Positions 28,678-43,131 of a stretch of DNA of 64,000 nt are shown one piece after another; position 1 is the stretch's first letter, and the number at the start of each line of letters is the position of its first letter. Both the position numbers and the translations under genes were made by a program. The notes under the pieces were generated by a model. The model searched no databases, was not told the origin of the DNA, and worked only from the letters and a program-made list of their open reading frames with translations. The stretch lies in assembly GCF_006345805.1 (NCBI RefSeq), contig NC_043018.1, positions 4,340,001 to 4,404,000 on the forward strand, written 5' to 3'. The DNA comes from Octopus sinensis (taxonomy: Eukaryota).

Positions 28678-31600
28678 GTATATATATATTTGTGAGAGTC
28701 TTTTTGTATGTATTTATTCCTCACCACTGTTTGACAACCAGTGTTGGTTTGTTTATGTCCCTGTAACTTAGTAGTTCAGCAAAAAATACTGATAAAATAA
28801 ATACCAGGCTGAAACAAAAATAAGTACTAGAGTCAACTTGCTCGACTAAACCCTTGAAGCTGGTGCCCCAGCATGGCCACAGTGTAATGACTGAAACAAG
28901 TAAAAGATAGAAGACGTATATACTTAGAGAGAAGAAAAGATTTGTGTATTATAATCCTGATTATTAAACAAACTAACAAGAAACAGCAACTAAATCCTCC
29001 AAAAAATACAACCCACAGCCTTAAAAATGGAAGGATACGTGGATAACACTGCATAATGCAGTTTTTGTCCTTGGGTAGCAACCATTATTCCCTACTTGCT
29101 TACCCTTAGAAAGTATAAAGAAAAAATGGTTATTTCCTTCAAATTTTGCTTTTGTAATGATATTTATTAAAACCCCAAAGAATCCCTCTCAACACATGGC
29201 TATGATGCTCTACTACTACTCCTGCTCAGAGATGCACATATTGTCAGCCACTAAGGGACATGTTCAAATGGTTATGGTCAAACAACTGACAAGCAAATCT
29301 GTGGTTTTGAGCCGAATATTTGCTATAACGATATTTCCAGTTTAGCAACTCAGCACTGAATCCGTCTGAAATGTAACGGAAAATAAGTCAGTTTCAAAAC
29401 GTTGATGTCCAGGTCACAAAGACAAAGTTCGAAGGGAGTAGAAGTCATTTCCTTTGATTTTTAGATAGAAGCAAATAGGAAATAACACCAACTGACCAAA
29501 GACAAAAAAAAAGATAAAAATTTTGTTCCACAGTGTAATGTTGTCTTAGATATACAAAACAAGACAGAGTGGTGGTCACTGCTGGAAAGCCTTTGATCAA
29601 AGGTCTGCTCAGTCAAGACACTGAACTGAGGTTAAACAACAAAAGCAATAGCATTGAAGGAAAACAGCATCTTTTGCAGACGAACACAAAGCTTACTAGC
29701 AGTTTCATTTTAAGTAAGATAGTTACATAATGTGTGTGTGTGTGTGTGTGTGTGCATTAGTGTATCTACGTATGCATTTGTATGTGTGTATATGCATGTA
29801 AGTGGCAAAGCTATTCAGCTGTTGTGTAATAGAATTGGTTTGGTGTATATTCTAATCAACAAATATAATTATTGTTTCATTTGTAACTATGATGAAATAT
29901 CAATTAATCACTCCATGGCTGATATGACAAGGAAAGACAATGTTTAAAAGAAAGTTGTCTCAAAGGTTAATGGAACTTACATCATTGTCATTATCAGTTG
30001 GACAGGGATACCTTGGTTGCTGAATAGACAAAATTGTTAGGGCTGTTGGAAAATAAAAATGGCTAACTGTATTTATTCCAGCATTTTACACTCTGAGTTC
30101 AAATCATTCTGAGGTCAACTTTGCCTTTCATCCTTTTGGGGGTTAATAAAATGAATCTTTTAACTTTTTTTTTTATCTTTTACTTGATTCAGTCATTAGA
30201 TTGTGGCCATGCTGGGGCACCACCTTGAAGAATTTTTAATCAATGGAATCGACCCTGCCAGTACTTTTTTTTTAAAGTCTAGTACTTATTCCATTGGTCT
30301 ATCATGATGGACTGCTAAGTTACAGAGATGTAAACACACCGAAACCAGTTGTCAAGTGGAGTGGTGGACAAACACAGACACACAGATAAATAGAGATATA
30401 TACAATGGGCTTGCTTCAGCTTCTGTCTATCAAAGGTTTTGGTCAGCCCAAAGCCATAGTAGAAAACACTTGCTCAAGGCACCACACAGTGGGGCTGAAC
30501 CTGGAACCATGTGGCAGGGAAGCAAGCTTCTTACCACACATCCATACTTGCATTTTGAAGAAAGAAGGACCATTCAGCACACAATGTTAAGTTTAACACT
30601 CCTAATTTCTATTACTTAATTGTCCTACAAAAGAAGTGGATGGTAAATGGAAGTAGTGATTTAGGGCAGTGGTTCTCAACCAGGGTCCATACAGCCCTTG
30701 GTGGTGGTGGTTGTCTGTATAAAAGTTTGTTAAAATTTGAGTGCCAGAAACTGGTTATATTCCTACAATGCACAAAATATTCAAACATTTTTTAATACAG
30801 TTTCTAATAATATTTTAATTATGAAAACAGAATAAGATTTTTGAAACATTGAATGGCTCTGAGGGTCCATCTGAGAAAAATAGAAATCAAAGAGATCCAT
30901 TTGTAAAGAAATCGTTGAGAATCACTGATTTAGTTTGAAGACATGTATCAAGACATCCAGCAAAATATATAGACTCTGGTTCAAGTAAAATAGGCATGTG
31001 ATAAAAGAATATCCCCAGTATGAACAATAGAATAAGAACACTCTCTCTGTGGATTTAAATAAAGTGTTTGGGTAAAGTGAATGTTGCTATCCTTGTGATT
31101 TGAAATTCTGAGAATGTTACTGAATACAACAGCCACCTGAAGAAGGTTAAAAGATACAGTAACAGCTGAAACGTTATGACTATAACAACCAAGAGTAAGA
31201 CACTGCTCTGAATGCATCAGGGTATACAATATGCCTGAAAGATTACAAGGGTTCACTTTCCAAATATACAGCTGTCATCTGTTATGTTTCACTAAATTAA
31301 CTATGATTATCTCAGACTGTAAAATCAAGTAAACCAAATTTTAACAAAACTACAAATACACATTCAGAGAAATATTAATGAATTACTGAAATTATTAATT
31401 GAAAGTGTTAATAAATTATATAATTAATAGTAGAACTACATTGGCAAGATAATTTATTTTATTTTAATTGTGAATTTTTTTAACTTTTGATCAACGAAAA
31501 TAAACTTATAATGATGAGCCAATGAAAGAGTTACTAGCCCTGCTAGATATAGCAGCCAAATATTCAAACCACAGCTTAGTTTTAAATAAAAAAAAAAGTA

Positions 31601-33713
31601 CATTAGACAATGTAGTTAAAGGATATGCTATGTCTCTATGCCTGAAAAAAAAGATTGGCTGATTATGGCTGAAATACCTTTAATCGTATATTCAAGAGGG
31701 ACCTAGATGGGGGTTACACAGTAAAAACAACTTTACTGCTAAAAGAAAGAAAAGGAAAGAGAAACGAAAAAAAAAAATCAAATTGACACAAATTGATTTT
31801 CTAGACAAGAAAGTCCAAAATGTCCCTCAAAAAAGACTCGACTAATATTCAGAAGATTAGAGTCCAGATTAATGGGATTACAGGAAAATAATTTATCATA
31901 ATTGAATTATGAACTAATTAAAAGCTAATTAAAAGCATTCAGTAATATGAGACTAACATGCACTACTTGTTCAAATATGCAACAGAAACAAACTCACAAC
32001 TATTAAAGCTAAAACGGACAAAATGTAAAAAAGAAAACTACATAAAAACGTTTAAATATGAATAATCTAAATGTCTTTTTTCTTTGAAATATATTTTTGT
32101 CATGGATTAGTCAGAAGAAGGTTGACATCGAAAACCTTTTTACAGGGCCTCCAAGTCAGAAGGAAAGAAAATTATCCTCTATTGGAGACCTGGCTTAAAT
32201 GCTTGTAACGGAATGGACTTCACTAGAGGCACTCAAGAGAAAAGTGGTGGTATTAACTATTTTGACACCAACCAGCTTGATATCATTCCTGGGTTTAAGA
32301 AACAAACTTTCTGTTTTAAAAGTGATCTAAATTAAAACCTTCTTCCATCAAAATTTCAGGTTAATTTATCTTTCATAAATTAATTGAAACAAAAGCAGGG
32401 TGTTTCAACAGAAATATTGTAACAAAAGGGTTAAACAGGGTGGAAAATTAAGCTTACCACCCAGTTTGAGGCATTACTAATATTATTATAACTTTTCTGA
32501 TTTGAAGTCAGAAGATTTTTCTTTCAGGCCACCATGTTCTTGATGGCTTCAATGTCAGCTGGTAGTTATGGCTACCAGATCTTCAAAGATCCTTCTTTCA
32601 TGGCACTGTGCAATCAATGCTACTTCTTGAACATACACCTGGTACCTGGAAATAAGTACTCATAGCATTTACACCTGCATGTTATGGATAGTTCTAAATA
32701 TTCCCATGGAAGAAACATCTGGCCAAACAAAGACTGTATGGCAGTATTCTTGGAATCACTGATGCCACTGAAGAGAGAGAAGCATGTTGTTGGAGAGGTA
32801 AGCAAGAACTCATTAGTGGTATGTTCTGATAGACACCTCAGCATGGATATACATGGGTTGGCCATTCTGCCAAAAACTTCATTGACATGCTGACCTCATG
32901 AATATTATGTAGAATTACAATGGCTGTTATGATGAAGATGGGCAAATCTAAACAATCTTAGCTGGATTATAAACTTTGAAACTATTTACTTCATGGGGTG
33001 AAACAGTTTTCATTAGATTTAAATCAGTTTGATCTCTGACCATCATCAAGTGTCTTATTCTTGGATATAGACACACGAGCTGATTGAATTCCTACAAGGA
33101 ACCTTCATTTCCAAACTAATGGTAGTAATGCTTTATATCCATCCATCAGTGGAGGTGTGTAGCCTAGTGGTGAGGGTGTCAGATTAATGATTGTAAGATT
33201 GTGGTTTCGATTCCTGAACCGGGTGATGCATTGTGTTCTTGAGCAAAACACTTCATTTCATGTTGCTCCGTCTACTTGGCTAGCAAAAAGGAGTATTCTT
33301 GTGATGGACCAGCATTCCATCCAAGGTGAATATCTATAAACCAGGAAACCAATGCTTATGGGTTCAAAAAGGATGCTTTATCGTTATCAGTGGGATAAAG
33401 GATTAGTGTTACTGCAATTAACTAGAATCTATTCTGATGCCAAAGCCATATCCAGGAATAAGATATGTAACAATGATCAGTGGTCAAACTCATTGACATA
33501 GAATCTAGATGTAACAACCAAAAAATGTTTTGTCTTTAAAAATGAAATTAATAGAAAGAATACTATTGTATCTATAAATGCATGTGATGCCTGTGGGTGC
33601 TTGGGATCATTAAGGTATAAATCTGATGCCAAGTTTTACAACTCACCACATAATAGAAGATAATCATTATTTTTCTTTTATAAAACTCAATAGTATGATA
33701 ATGACTTTCTACT

Positions 33714-33748
<35 letters not shown>

Positions 33749-34265
33749 ATTAACAGGATTTTTCTATGACACTTCCATCATAAGTACTTACAGATTTTCT
33801 TTTTTGACAGTATAATGAAACAGTGTGTGTGTGTGTGTAAGTATGTATGTATGTGTGTGCAGAAGAGTATTTAAATTTGCTTGAAACATAGTAGAACATT
33901 AAAAAATACATAAAACAGTGATTTAGAAACCATGACAATGAAGTTGATGAAAAATTAAATAAAAAACAAAACAAAATTACGATTTTTATTTTAAAGCATT
34001 TAATGCCCCTTTTCAAAGAGGGATGAGAATTAGAAGATGCGCCTTAGTTCTTTACAATTTCGAGTCTGTATGAGATAGTAAGACCACCATGTGCTGTTGA
34101 TGTGGGAAGAAAGCGGAGTTGTAAATTACGTAGAATTTTTTGTGTGTCACATATGTGAAGAGAAAGTGGCATCAAAATTTGCAATGTATGGAGGAGGTCA
34201 AGCAACCAATGGGCTTCTTTCAATTCTAGTTATAAGGACTCTAAAATCAGTAGACCCCAGCCAAA

Positions 34266-34341
<76 letters not shown>

Positions 34342-37300
34342 CCTGTATGCAAATGACTGAGACTTCTGGTGATTTACTGTGCTTGAGAAGCTAAGTGAGA
34401 TCATGGTCATGGCCAGTGCTGGTGACACGTAAAAGGCACCTGTGTCGGTGAAACACAATAAGCACCCATGCTGGTGACACGCAAAAGGCACAAATGCTAG
34501 CAATGTGTAAAAGACACCGAGTACACTTTCTAGAGTGGTTGGCGTTAGGAAGGGCATCAAGCCATAGAAACCACACCAGACTGCAGTCTGGTGCAGCTCT
34601 CCAGCCTTGCCAGCTCCAGTGAAACTGGAGTTGATAAACCAGCATAGAAAATGGATGCTGAATGATGACGGTGCCACCTATTGACATATTACAGAAACAC
34701 AATTTACAAATCTACCCTTTTCTTCACCCTTCAGCATGCGTGGTCTTATCTTCTCAGACAGACTGAAAACATCAAACAACCAGAGACATTTTCCTGTTCT
34801 TCTTCAAAAACAAAAATAAATAAATAAAAACAATTAAAAAACCTATTTTCATTTGTCCTGTCAGATTATTAAATACTTTAAGTTAAAAGAGCCGTCTTTC
34901 TTTTTATCCATATTTAATTTTTTTATGACTGCATTCCTCAGACTTTCAAAAATCACTTCTTATTTCCTTTCAATTAAATTGAATCTGACAGTTTGTCTCA
35001 CAGCTCAAGTTTGATACCACAGTGATCTTCATAAATATACACATACATACATTTATATATATTATATATACATATATGTGTGTGTTGTGTGTGTGTGTAT
35101 ACATATTTACATACATACACACACGTGTGTGTGTGTGTATATATGTGCATAAAAGAACACTGGTGTGTCTACTTTTATTATGACATTAAACATACAACAT
35201 AAATCTATTTAGGTTTTCACAACATAATATAAGGAAGATAACAATAAGGAAACAATGAAACTTTGAGCCAACCAAACAAATTCATTCTTTCAAATAACAA
35301 CTGGAAAAATAAGGGCTCTAAAATTAGCCAAAATTGGTACTGCCAGTTAGATGTTGGCATTATTAAAGGTAAATAATAGTTGTGGGCAATCTAAATGTTG
35401 TTACGGGCGTGCTTTATAAAGTAAGCAGAGGAAGGTGCTTCTCTCACCTGACACCATTTCTCGAAGTTATTCTGGTACAGTAAGAAATTTTAGGAAAAAA
35501 ATTTGAACAGAGCAGATTAATGGAATGTAATAACAGCATATGTCAATTGCAAACAATGACTAAAAGAATAAGTTAACTAGTCAGAATAATGGAATAAAGT
35601 AATTGAAGAGAGAAAATAATAGAATAGTCATTGAATAGAGAATAATAGAATAAAATCAATGAATAGAGAATAACAGAATAGGGTAATTAAACTACAATAA
35701 TGGTGCATAACAAAAAAGATTTTTTTAATTAGATAAATAAAGTAGGAGAAAATATTGATGAACTAATCAATGATTATGAAATAATATTCTAATTAACAGT
35801 ATTGATGTTTTTTACACAGATACAAAACCTTTTCCCTAAGAGGTCTGGACATTTTATTCAAGCCTTTTCTAATTAAATAGGCAATGTAAAAGAAATGAAA
35901 TATTATTGATTAGTAGTTAAAACTATCATAGACAAGTCAATGACAGAACATCTAAGCAGTCACTCAACTTGCTAGTAATAGAAATTTTCCTCAAATCATA
36001 TCTTACCATCTTAAAAAAAAAAACAGAAAAATAATATTAAGATAAATTATAATAATGAAATTATTGTATACAGTGATCAGGTGCACCACAACTTGTCAGA
36101 AAGTGCATATAGAGTATATGCAGTAATGTACAAATGTCTGGAAAGCGAAGAATGCATGAGTCAGATACATGCTTGTGTGTGTATGGAGGGGGTGAAAATC
36201 AGGTGTAGTGTTGGTGAATCTCAGAAAGCATGGAAGTCTTGAAGGATGCAGTGCTCCGACAACTAACAACTGATGCCGGCAGTTTGTTCCATGCTTCAGC
36301 AACTCTCAGCGTGAAAAAATGTTTCCGAAAGCCATGGGAGCTGTGCTGTTTTCTGACTTTGAAAATATGTCCACGGGTGTTAGACGGGTGGACTTTGAAA
36401 AGGTGCTCAGAGTTATTGTTTGTAAGATGGTTGATAATTTTATGGGTGTCTGCCAAGTCAGCTGCCAGACATCGGAGTTTCAATGTGTCCATGCCCAAGG
36501 AAGTAAGGCGTTCAGAATATGGCAAATGCCTGATGGAGGGTATTCTTTTGGTTGCATGTCGCTGAACGGCTTCCAGACGATTGATATCCTGGGCAAGATA
36601 GGGGTTCCAGACCGGTGATGCAAATTCCAGGTGAGGTCTTACCATAGCTATATAAAGCCGCAGAAAGATAGTCGGAGAGCGGCTCACAAAGGATTTGGTG
36701 AGTGATACCAAGACACCCTCAGCCTTCTTGACAATTTTAGCGATGTGTTTTGTCCAACGCAAATCACTGTCGACAATAACACCCGGGTCACGTTCACATG
36801 AAGACTTTTTGAGATTAGTGTTGTGGAGGGAGTAAGTAGACACCTAAATGCATGGTGTTACATTTGTCCACAGCCAGCTTGAGTTGCCACTCCATGATCC
36901 ACTGCTGCATTGTGTCCAGGTCTGATTGCAATAGAGATCTATAGTGTACAGGATCTGACCTCTTTATTTCGAGGTACAGCTTGATGTCATCTGCATATTT
37001 CAGCACAGTGGCATTCTTTAAGTTGGCATCTATGTCATTAACATATGCAACAAATAAAAGGGGGCCAAGAACAGATCCCTGTGGTACACCAGATGTCATC
37101 TCATAGGGTGAAGAGTGCTGTCCTAGAACTGTGACAACCTCTTTTCGGCCGAAAATAAAGGACTTCAACCAGTTATAGAGTTTGTCTCTTACGCCCAACG
37201 CAGAGAACTTCACCATAAGTCTTTTGTGTGGCACAGAATTGAAAGCCTTAGCAAAGTCAAGGTAAACAACATTCACCCAGGATCCGCGATCAGTGATTCG

Positions 37301-38601
37301 GGTAATGTCCTCAAGAAACTCAATGAGTTGATTACAGCAGCTGGAGTTAGGAATAAATCCAAATTGTGACAGCTGGATGAGGCTGTGAGACTTCCAGAAG
37401 TTCCAGAGGGTTTCTCATACAGGATTCCATCAGTTTGGCGATGCAGCTAGTAAGACTAGTTGACAGGCGATGTGCGGTTGCCTTTTTTGAACAGAGGGTT
37501 AACACTGGCAATTTTCCACTGTTCTCGAAAATTAGATGATGTGTCTGAACAAAAATAAGACAGGATGTTCACAGATGGAATGCCTTTGATCATAGGCCAC
37601 CTTGATCACTGCTGTCTCAAAAATGGAAATACAAAGCAAAAACATCAACAGACACACCTTAATTAATTCATCATTACAAGATATATTTAACTGAAGAATA
37701 GGAACCAAGTCTTTGGAAGAGGTTACATATGACACAATATTCTAACCAGCAGTGAAATTTGCCTCCCGTTAACTTAATGTTACAGACACTGGAATTTTAA
37801 GCAGTGGTCTATAAAGGAACTGATCTATTTACATAGTAAATAAACCTCTACAACAGCGGTTCTCAACCAAGGTCCATGTGGCTCTTAGGGGTCAGTATAA
37901 AATTTTATTGTCAGAATTTATCTGCAATAGATTAGTTACACTTCCATGATACACAAAATATTTTAACAATTTTTTAATACAATTTCTAACATCTGATTAC
38001 AAAAATAAATTATTTTTTTTAGACCATAGAATAACTACAAGGGTACATCCAAGTAAAATAGGAATCAAAGGGATCCATAGGTAAAAAGTGGTTGAGAAAC
38101 ACTGCTCTACAGATGAATAACAAGGATTCCATGTCCATATTTTTGACACCACAAACTCTCTATTGTAACCAAATCAACAAACTGTAAATTTTTAAGTAAC
38201 TTCATACTTCTTAAATATGTTTTTATTTATATTCCTTTATATCTTACCTCGAGGGAAACATTTTTGGGCTGTAATTCACTCTCCAGAGTCAATGTACCAA
38301 AGTCAACAATCAATACATAGCCACCTCTGTTTCAAACGAGAGGAAGAAAATATCACATGAGTATTATATAGAAATACATGCACACACACACACACATATA
38401 TATATGTATATGTGTATAAACAAGCACATGCACACACACACACACACACACACATACTATTCATTCCATGAATGGTAACAATATTTTAATTTTTGTAGTT
38501 CAATTTAATTTCCTCGTGAGTTGGTTTATTCTATGTATGTATGCACTTAAAAATACATACATGCATGCATGCAAGCATGCATGCATGCATACATACATAC
38601 A

Positions 38602-38640
<39 letters not shown>

Positions 38641-39012
38641 AAAATAAGCAACAAGGATATCCAGAGGTAATGCAGTACGATGGTTTCATGCAACTCCATT
38701 TAATTGAACAATGCAATCATTACATCACTTTAGAATGCAGAGCAATCTTCAGTTGCACAAAGACATAGAATTTAATTAAATTAGAACAGACGGACACATT
38801 AGTATAATTATACCTAAAATCTCCAAGAAGTTAAGGAGATAGACAAAGAACATGCTGTCTCACTCCAGTTTAGAAGTTACTGAATTTTTCCAGAAGATAT
38901 ACATTGTTACAGACTCTGCCTGTCAAAAAATCATCTTACTTTGAAATTGTAGGGATAATATTAAATATTAAATTCTGGTGCCTCAACTTAAGTACCATAT
39001 TCATCTGAATCT

Positions 39013-39069
<57 letters not shown>

Positions 39070-40221
39070 ATATATATATATATATATTATATATATATAT
39101 ATATATAATATATATATATAAAGTCAAGAAAGTGATGAAATGGGAAATTATTTGATTCACCCAGACTTTTTCCCTCCAAGTCAGTAATCTCCCTAAACTA
39201 TTTTTTAGCATTATTTTTTTTAGGATTATTTTTTCTGATATTAAAAATATAAAGACAAAGCATGGAAATAAAATATGTAACTGCCATAACCAGGATTTAT
39301 GTTCCTTAAAAGGATTCTGTTTAAGGAGAAATGTTGTGCATAAAGTTGAGGTTTGAACCCTTAATAAATCAAAGAAGATATACATAGGAAGTACACCTGA
39401 CTTAATGACTAGATATGGGGGCACACAAATTCATTTATTAATCAAGAAACAAAAAACTCAACTGTACCAGCGATCTGCATTAATAAATTAAAAATGCATA
39501 ATAAATAATTCAGTTTGGATTGGCCTATTACCACGGAAACCACACCATACAATATACACACCAGAAATTGTAAATTATGCACAAAAGAATCAATCAATAT
39601 ACTCTGTGCTGACAAAAACATTTTACCTAATAAGATCTCATATGACTTTATTCTTTGTAGACATAAATATTTATCAACTTGTAAATTTTTTTCCAAAAAT
39701 AATTAGTTTATATGATTTTAACCTATTTAACCTTTCTGCATTTGGATTCATCTTAAAACAACATTATCTATAGATTCATAATCTATTTAAACATGTAAAT
39801 TTAACTCTTATTATATCATTCGCCTGAAAAGTATGTTCTGACACAGCATTCAAATTTTTTAAATTCCTAAATTTCTCATGCCACTTAAAACTTTAAGATT
39901 TAAATAACTCTTTTATAAATCCTCTTAGGTTAACTTTGATGAGAGAAATGTAGATGATTGTTATGGTTGGAATTAACTCGACTATACCAACCTATATTTT
40001 CTTGAAACAGCTGTCAGACTTTATACCTGCTGAAGATTCTTTTTAAAATCATTTTGTACCACCATTTAATCTATTTGGATTACCACACTACATTCACCAT
40101 GTGCATCTTTTAGAGTCACTGACATTTTGCACCTGCCATATTCCTGGCTAATAATCTGTGACTTGGTACTCTAAGGCTGATGCACTCATTTTCAGGTGCA
40201 TGTGTGTGTGTGTGTGTGTGT

Positions 40222-40256
<35 letters not shown>

Positions 40257-40779
40257 GCATGTGTTTGTGTATGTGATGGTCTCCTATCTTAAGATTTAAA
40301 AAATGCATCTGAAATATTGCATTTCTTAAGACAAAAAAAGATGCTTTAAATATTAGAAAAAAATCTTACTTCTGCAATGATCCATATTCTGGTATGACCA
40401 TGTAAGGTGATCTCATATTCACAGACACATGTATTGTCTACAATATATGGAAGAACACATATACAACATGTAAAAGATATAAGAAAATAAACCATTCAAA
40501 AAGGAGCCCCTACACACCCCCACACAAAAGTAAAGGAAAACAGACTCATAAAACAAGCACTGTATTCAAATATGAATGAAACTTATAGACAGGAATTGTA
40601 GAATGAAATACAAATAAAAAACATTTATTTCCTGATTTTATTTTCAATCTTTTGCTAGTTTTTCAGTCGTTGGATTGTGGCTACACAGGGACACCATCAT
40701 ACAACCTTTTAACCACTACAGTCGGCCCAGGTGCTTTGATATTCATTTGTATGTCATCAAGGAATGGCAAAGCCAAAGC

Positions 40780-40823
<44 letters not shown>

Positions 40824-41313
40824 AGAGAGAGGGAGAGAGAAAAGAGAAGAAAAGAAGTAAGAGAGAAGAACAAAAGAGAAAAGGAGACATTAGCTTTAGA
40901 GTGATAAACAGTTATTTTATGAAATCTTTCTAAATTCTTTCTTCTTTTGAAGATTAATTCAAATATAGAGTGCATTTCATTAGAAGTATATTAAATTCGG
41001 TAAACCTTTTGGCAGTAACTGGAATCAGTTTAATCTGAACTAAAAGCCTCATTCTTCAATAAACTAACCTTGTGTTGTTGAATGGCATATTGTAAACTCA
41101 GGCGACTGTAAGAGATAACTTGTTGGAGACTTTCAACTGCTGAATTCTTCATTTCGGCTCTTAGATTAGGAAATTGGAAAAATGCGGTCAATTCTGATAG
41201 AGAATGCTGAAAATGTGCCATAAAAATATTTGGATGTTAGAAATCAGAGAATTCTTTTATTTTTATTTTCTGAAGATGCATGCATGATGATAATGATGAT
41301 ATAATAATAATAA

Positions 41314-41371
<58 letters not shown>

Positions 41372-41609
41372 TAATTTAAATTATGTGTTGCATCACATGA
41401 AGATATTTCGCTACTGCGCCTGTCACTTCCCCTCCCCAAGCTTTCAGTCATACTGTAACACTTCTTATCCTCCACTCACCCTAGGATGCTAGGATCAGCA
41501 AGTAATTGTAACAAACATGAAAATTAAAAGTAAATAATAATAATAATAATAGGATTGAGGTTACTCCTCCAGATGTCAAAATATTGTTCAGTTGATAACA
41601 ATAGCACTC

Positions 41610-41656
<47 letters not shown>

Positions 41657-43098
41657 TAATGGTTTCAAATTTTGGCACAAGGGCAGCAGTTTCAGGGGAT
41701 GGGGTAAGTCAATTACATCGATCCCAGTGATCAGCTGGTACTTATTTTATCAACTCTGAAAGCATGGAAGGCAAAGTCAACTGTGGCAGAATTTAAATTC
41801 AGAAGACAGATGAAATACTACTCAGCATTTTGGCCAGCATGCTAATGATTTTGCCAGATTTTATCACCTTGTTGTTGTTGATGATGATGATGACAACAAC
41901 AACAACAATAATAAGTTGCTTACTTATTGACCCATCATGCTTGTTTGATTCTAGGATCATAAAGAGGAAGAAAATAAAAAAAATACAATCTCCTAAATTT
42001 TGAAATAGGAAGAATTTGGAGCATGTGAAGAACAGTAATAGTTGTGCCTATAATAATTGGTGTGTTGAGAATAGTAAGCAAAGATACAGAAAATGGCTGG
42101 AGGAGATTGGAATAAAATGCCTGGCAGAGCTCCTACAGAAAGTTTGTCTCTTAAGGATAGCAAGGATTATCAGGAGGGTTCTAAGCACTTGAAAAATTGC
42201 TGAAAACTTGGGCATATCTAAGGTTACAGGTAGTAACCCACTACCCACATAATTCCTACAAGGAATAAGACCAAACCTGAGCCGAACCAAAATAATAATA
42301 ATAACAATAATAATCCTTTCTACTGGAGGCACAAGACCTCAAATTTGATGGGGGAGAACTAGTTAATTACATCGACCCCAGTGTTTCACTGATACTTAAT
42401 TTATCACCCATGAAAGACAAAGTTGACCTTGGTGGAATTTGAACTCAGACCAAAGAAACGGGTGAAATACCATAAAGCATTATGCCTGGCATGCTAAGGA
42501 TTCTGCCAGCTCACTGCCTTAAATACTACTACTACAACTAATAATAACAATAATAATAATAATAATAATAATAATAATTATAATAATAATAATAATAATA
42601 ATAGTAATAATAATAATCCTTTCTACTAAAGGCACAAGGCCTGAAATTTTGGGAGAGGGGACTAGTTGATTTCCTTGACCCCAGTGTTTCACTGGTATTT
42701 AATTTATCAACCCTGAAAGGGTGAAAAGCAAAGTCAATCTTGGAGGAATTTGAACCCAGAACATAGCAACAGGTGAAATACTGTTTAGCAATTCACCTGG
42801 CATGCTAATGATTCTGCCAGGTCACCATCTTAAATAATGATAATAATAATAATAAGTTTAACTGTGATACAGTAAGCCAGGGCACAAGGCCATATCTGTT
42901 CTCTCTCTCCACACACACACACACACACATACACGCATGCACCCACACATGCACACACACACACACCCATGCACATATAAAACCATAGCTGTCACTCACA
43001 AAGGAGTATGACCGAGTGATATGTACCATGCTTTCACTAATTATTTTAGGTGGCTATATATATAGTTCCTCACATCCGGTGCTGACCTTAACTCAGTA

Positions 43099-43131
<33 letters not shown>

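Noticed and set aside
29455-29502. Kinase subdomain IX-like peptide LWSVGVISYLLLS on the minus strand
   Set aside because: Inside a two-copy TIR element, followed by a stop, altered in the second copy, and no other kinase motifs.
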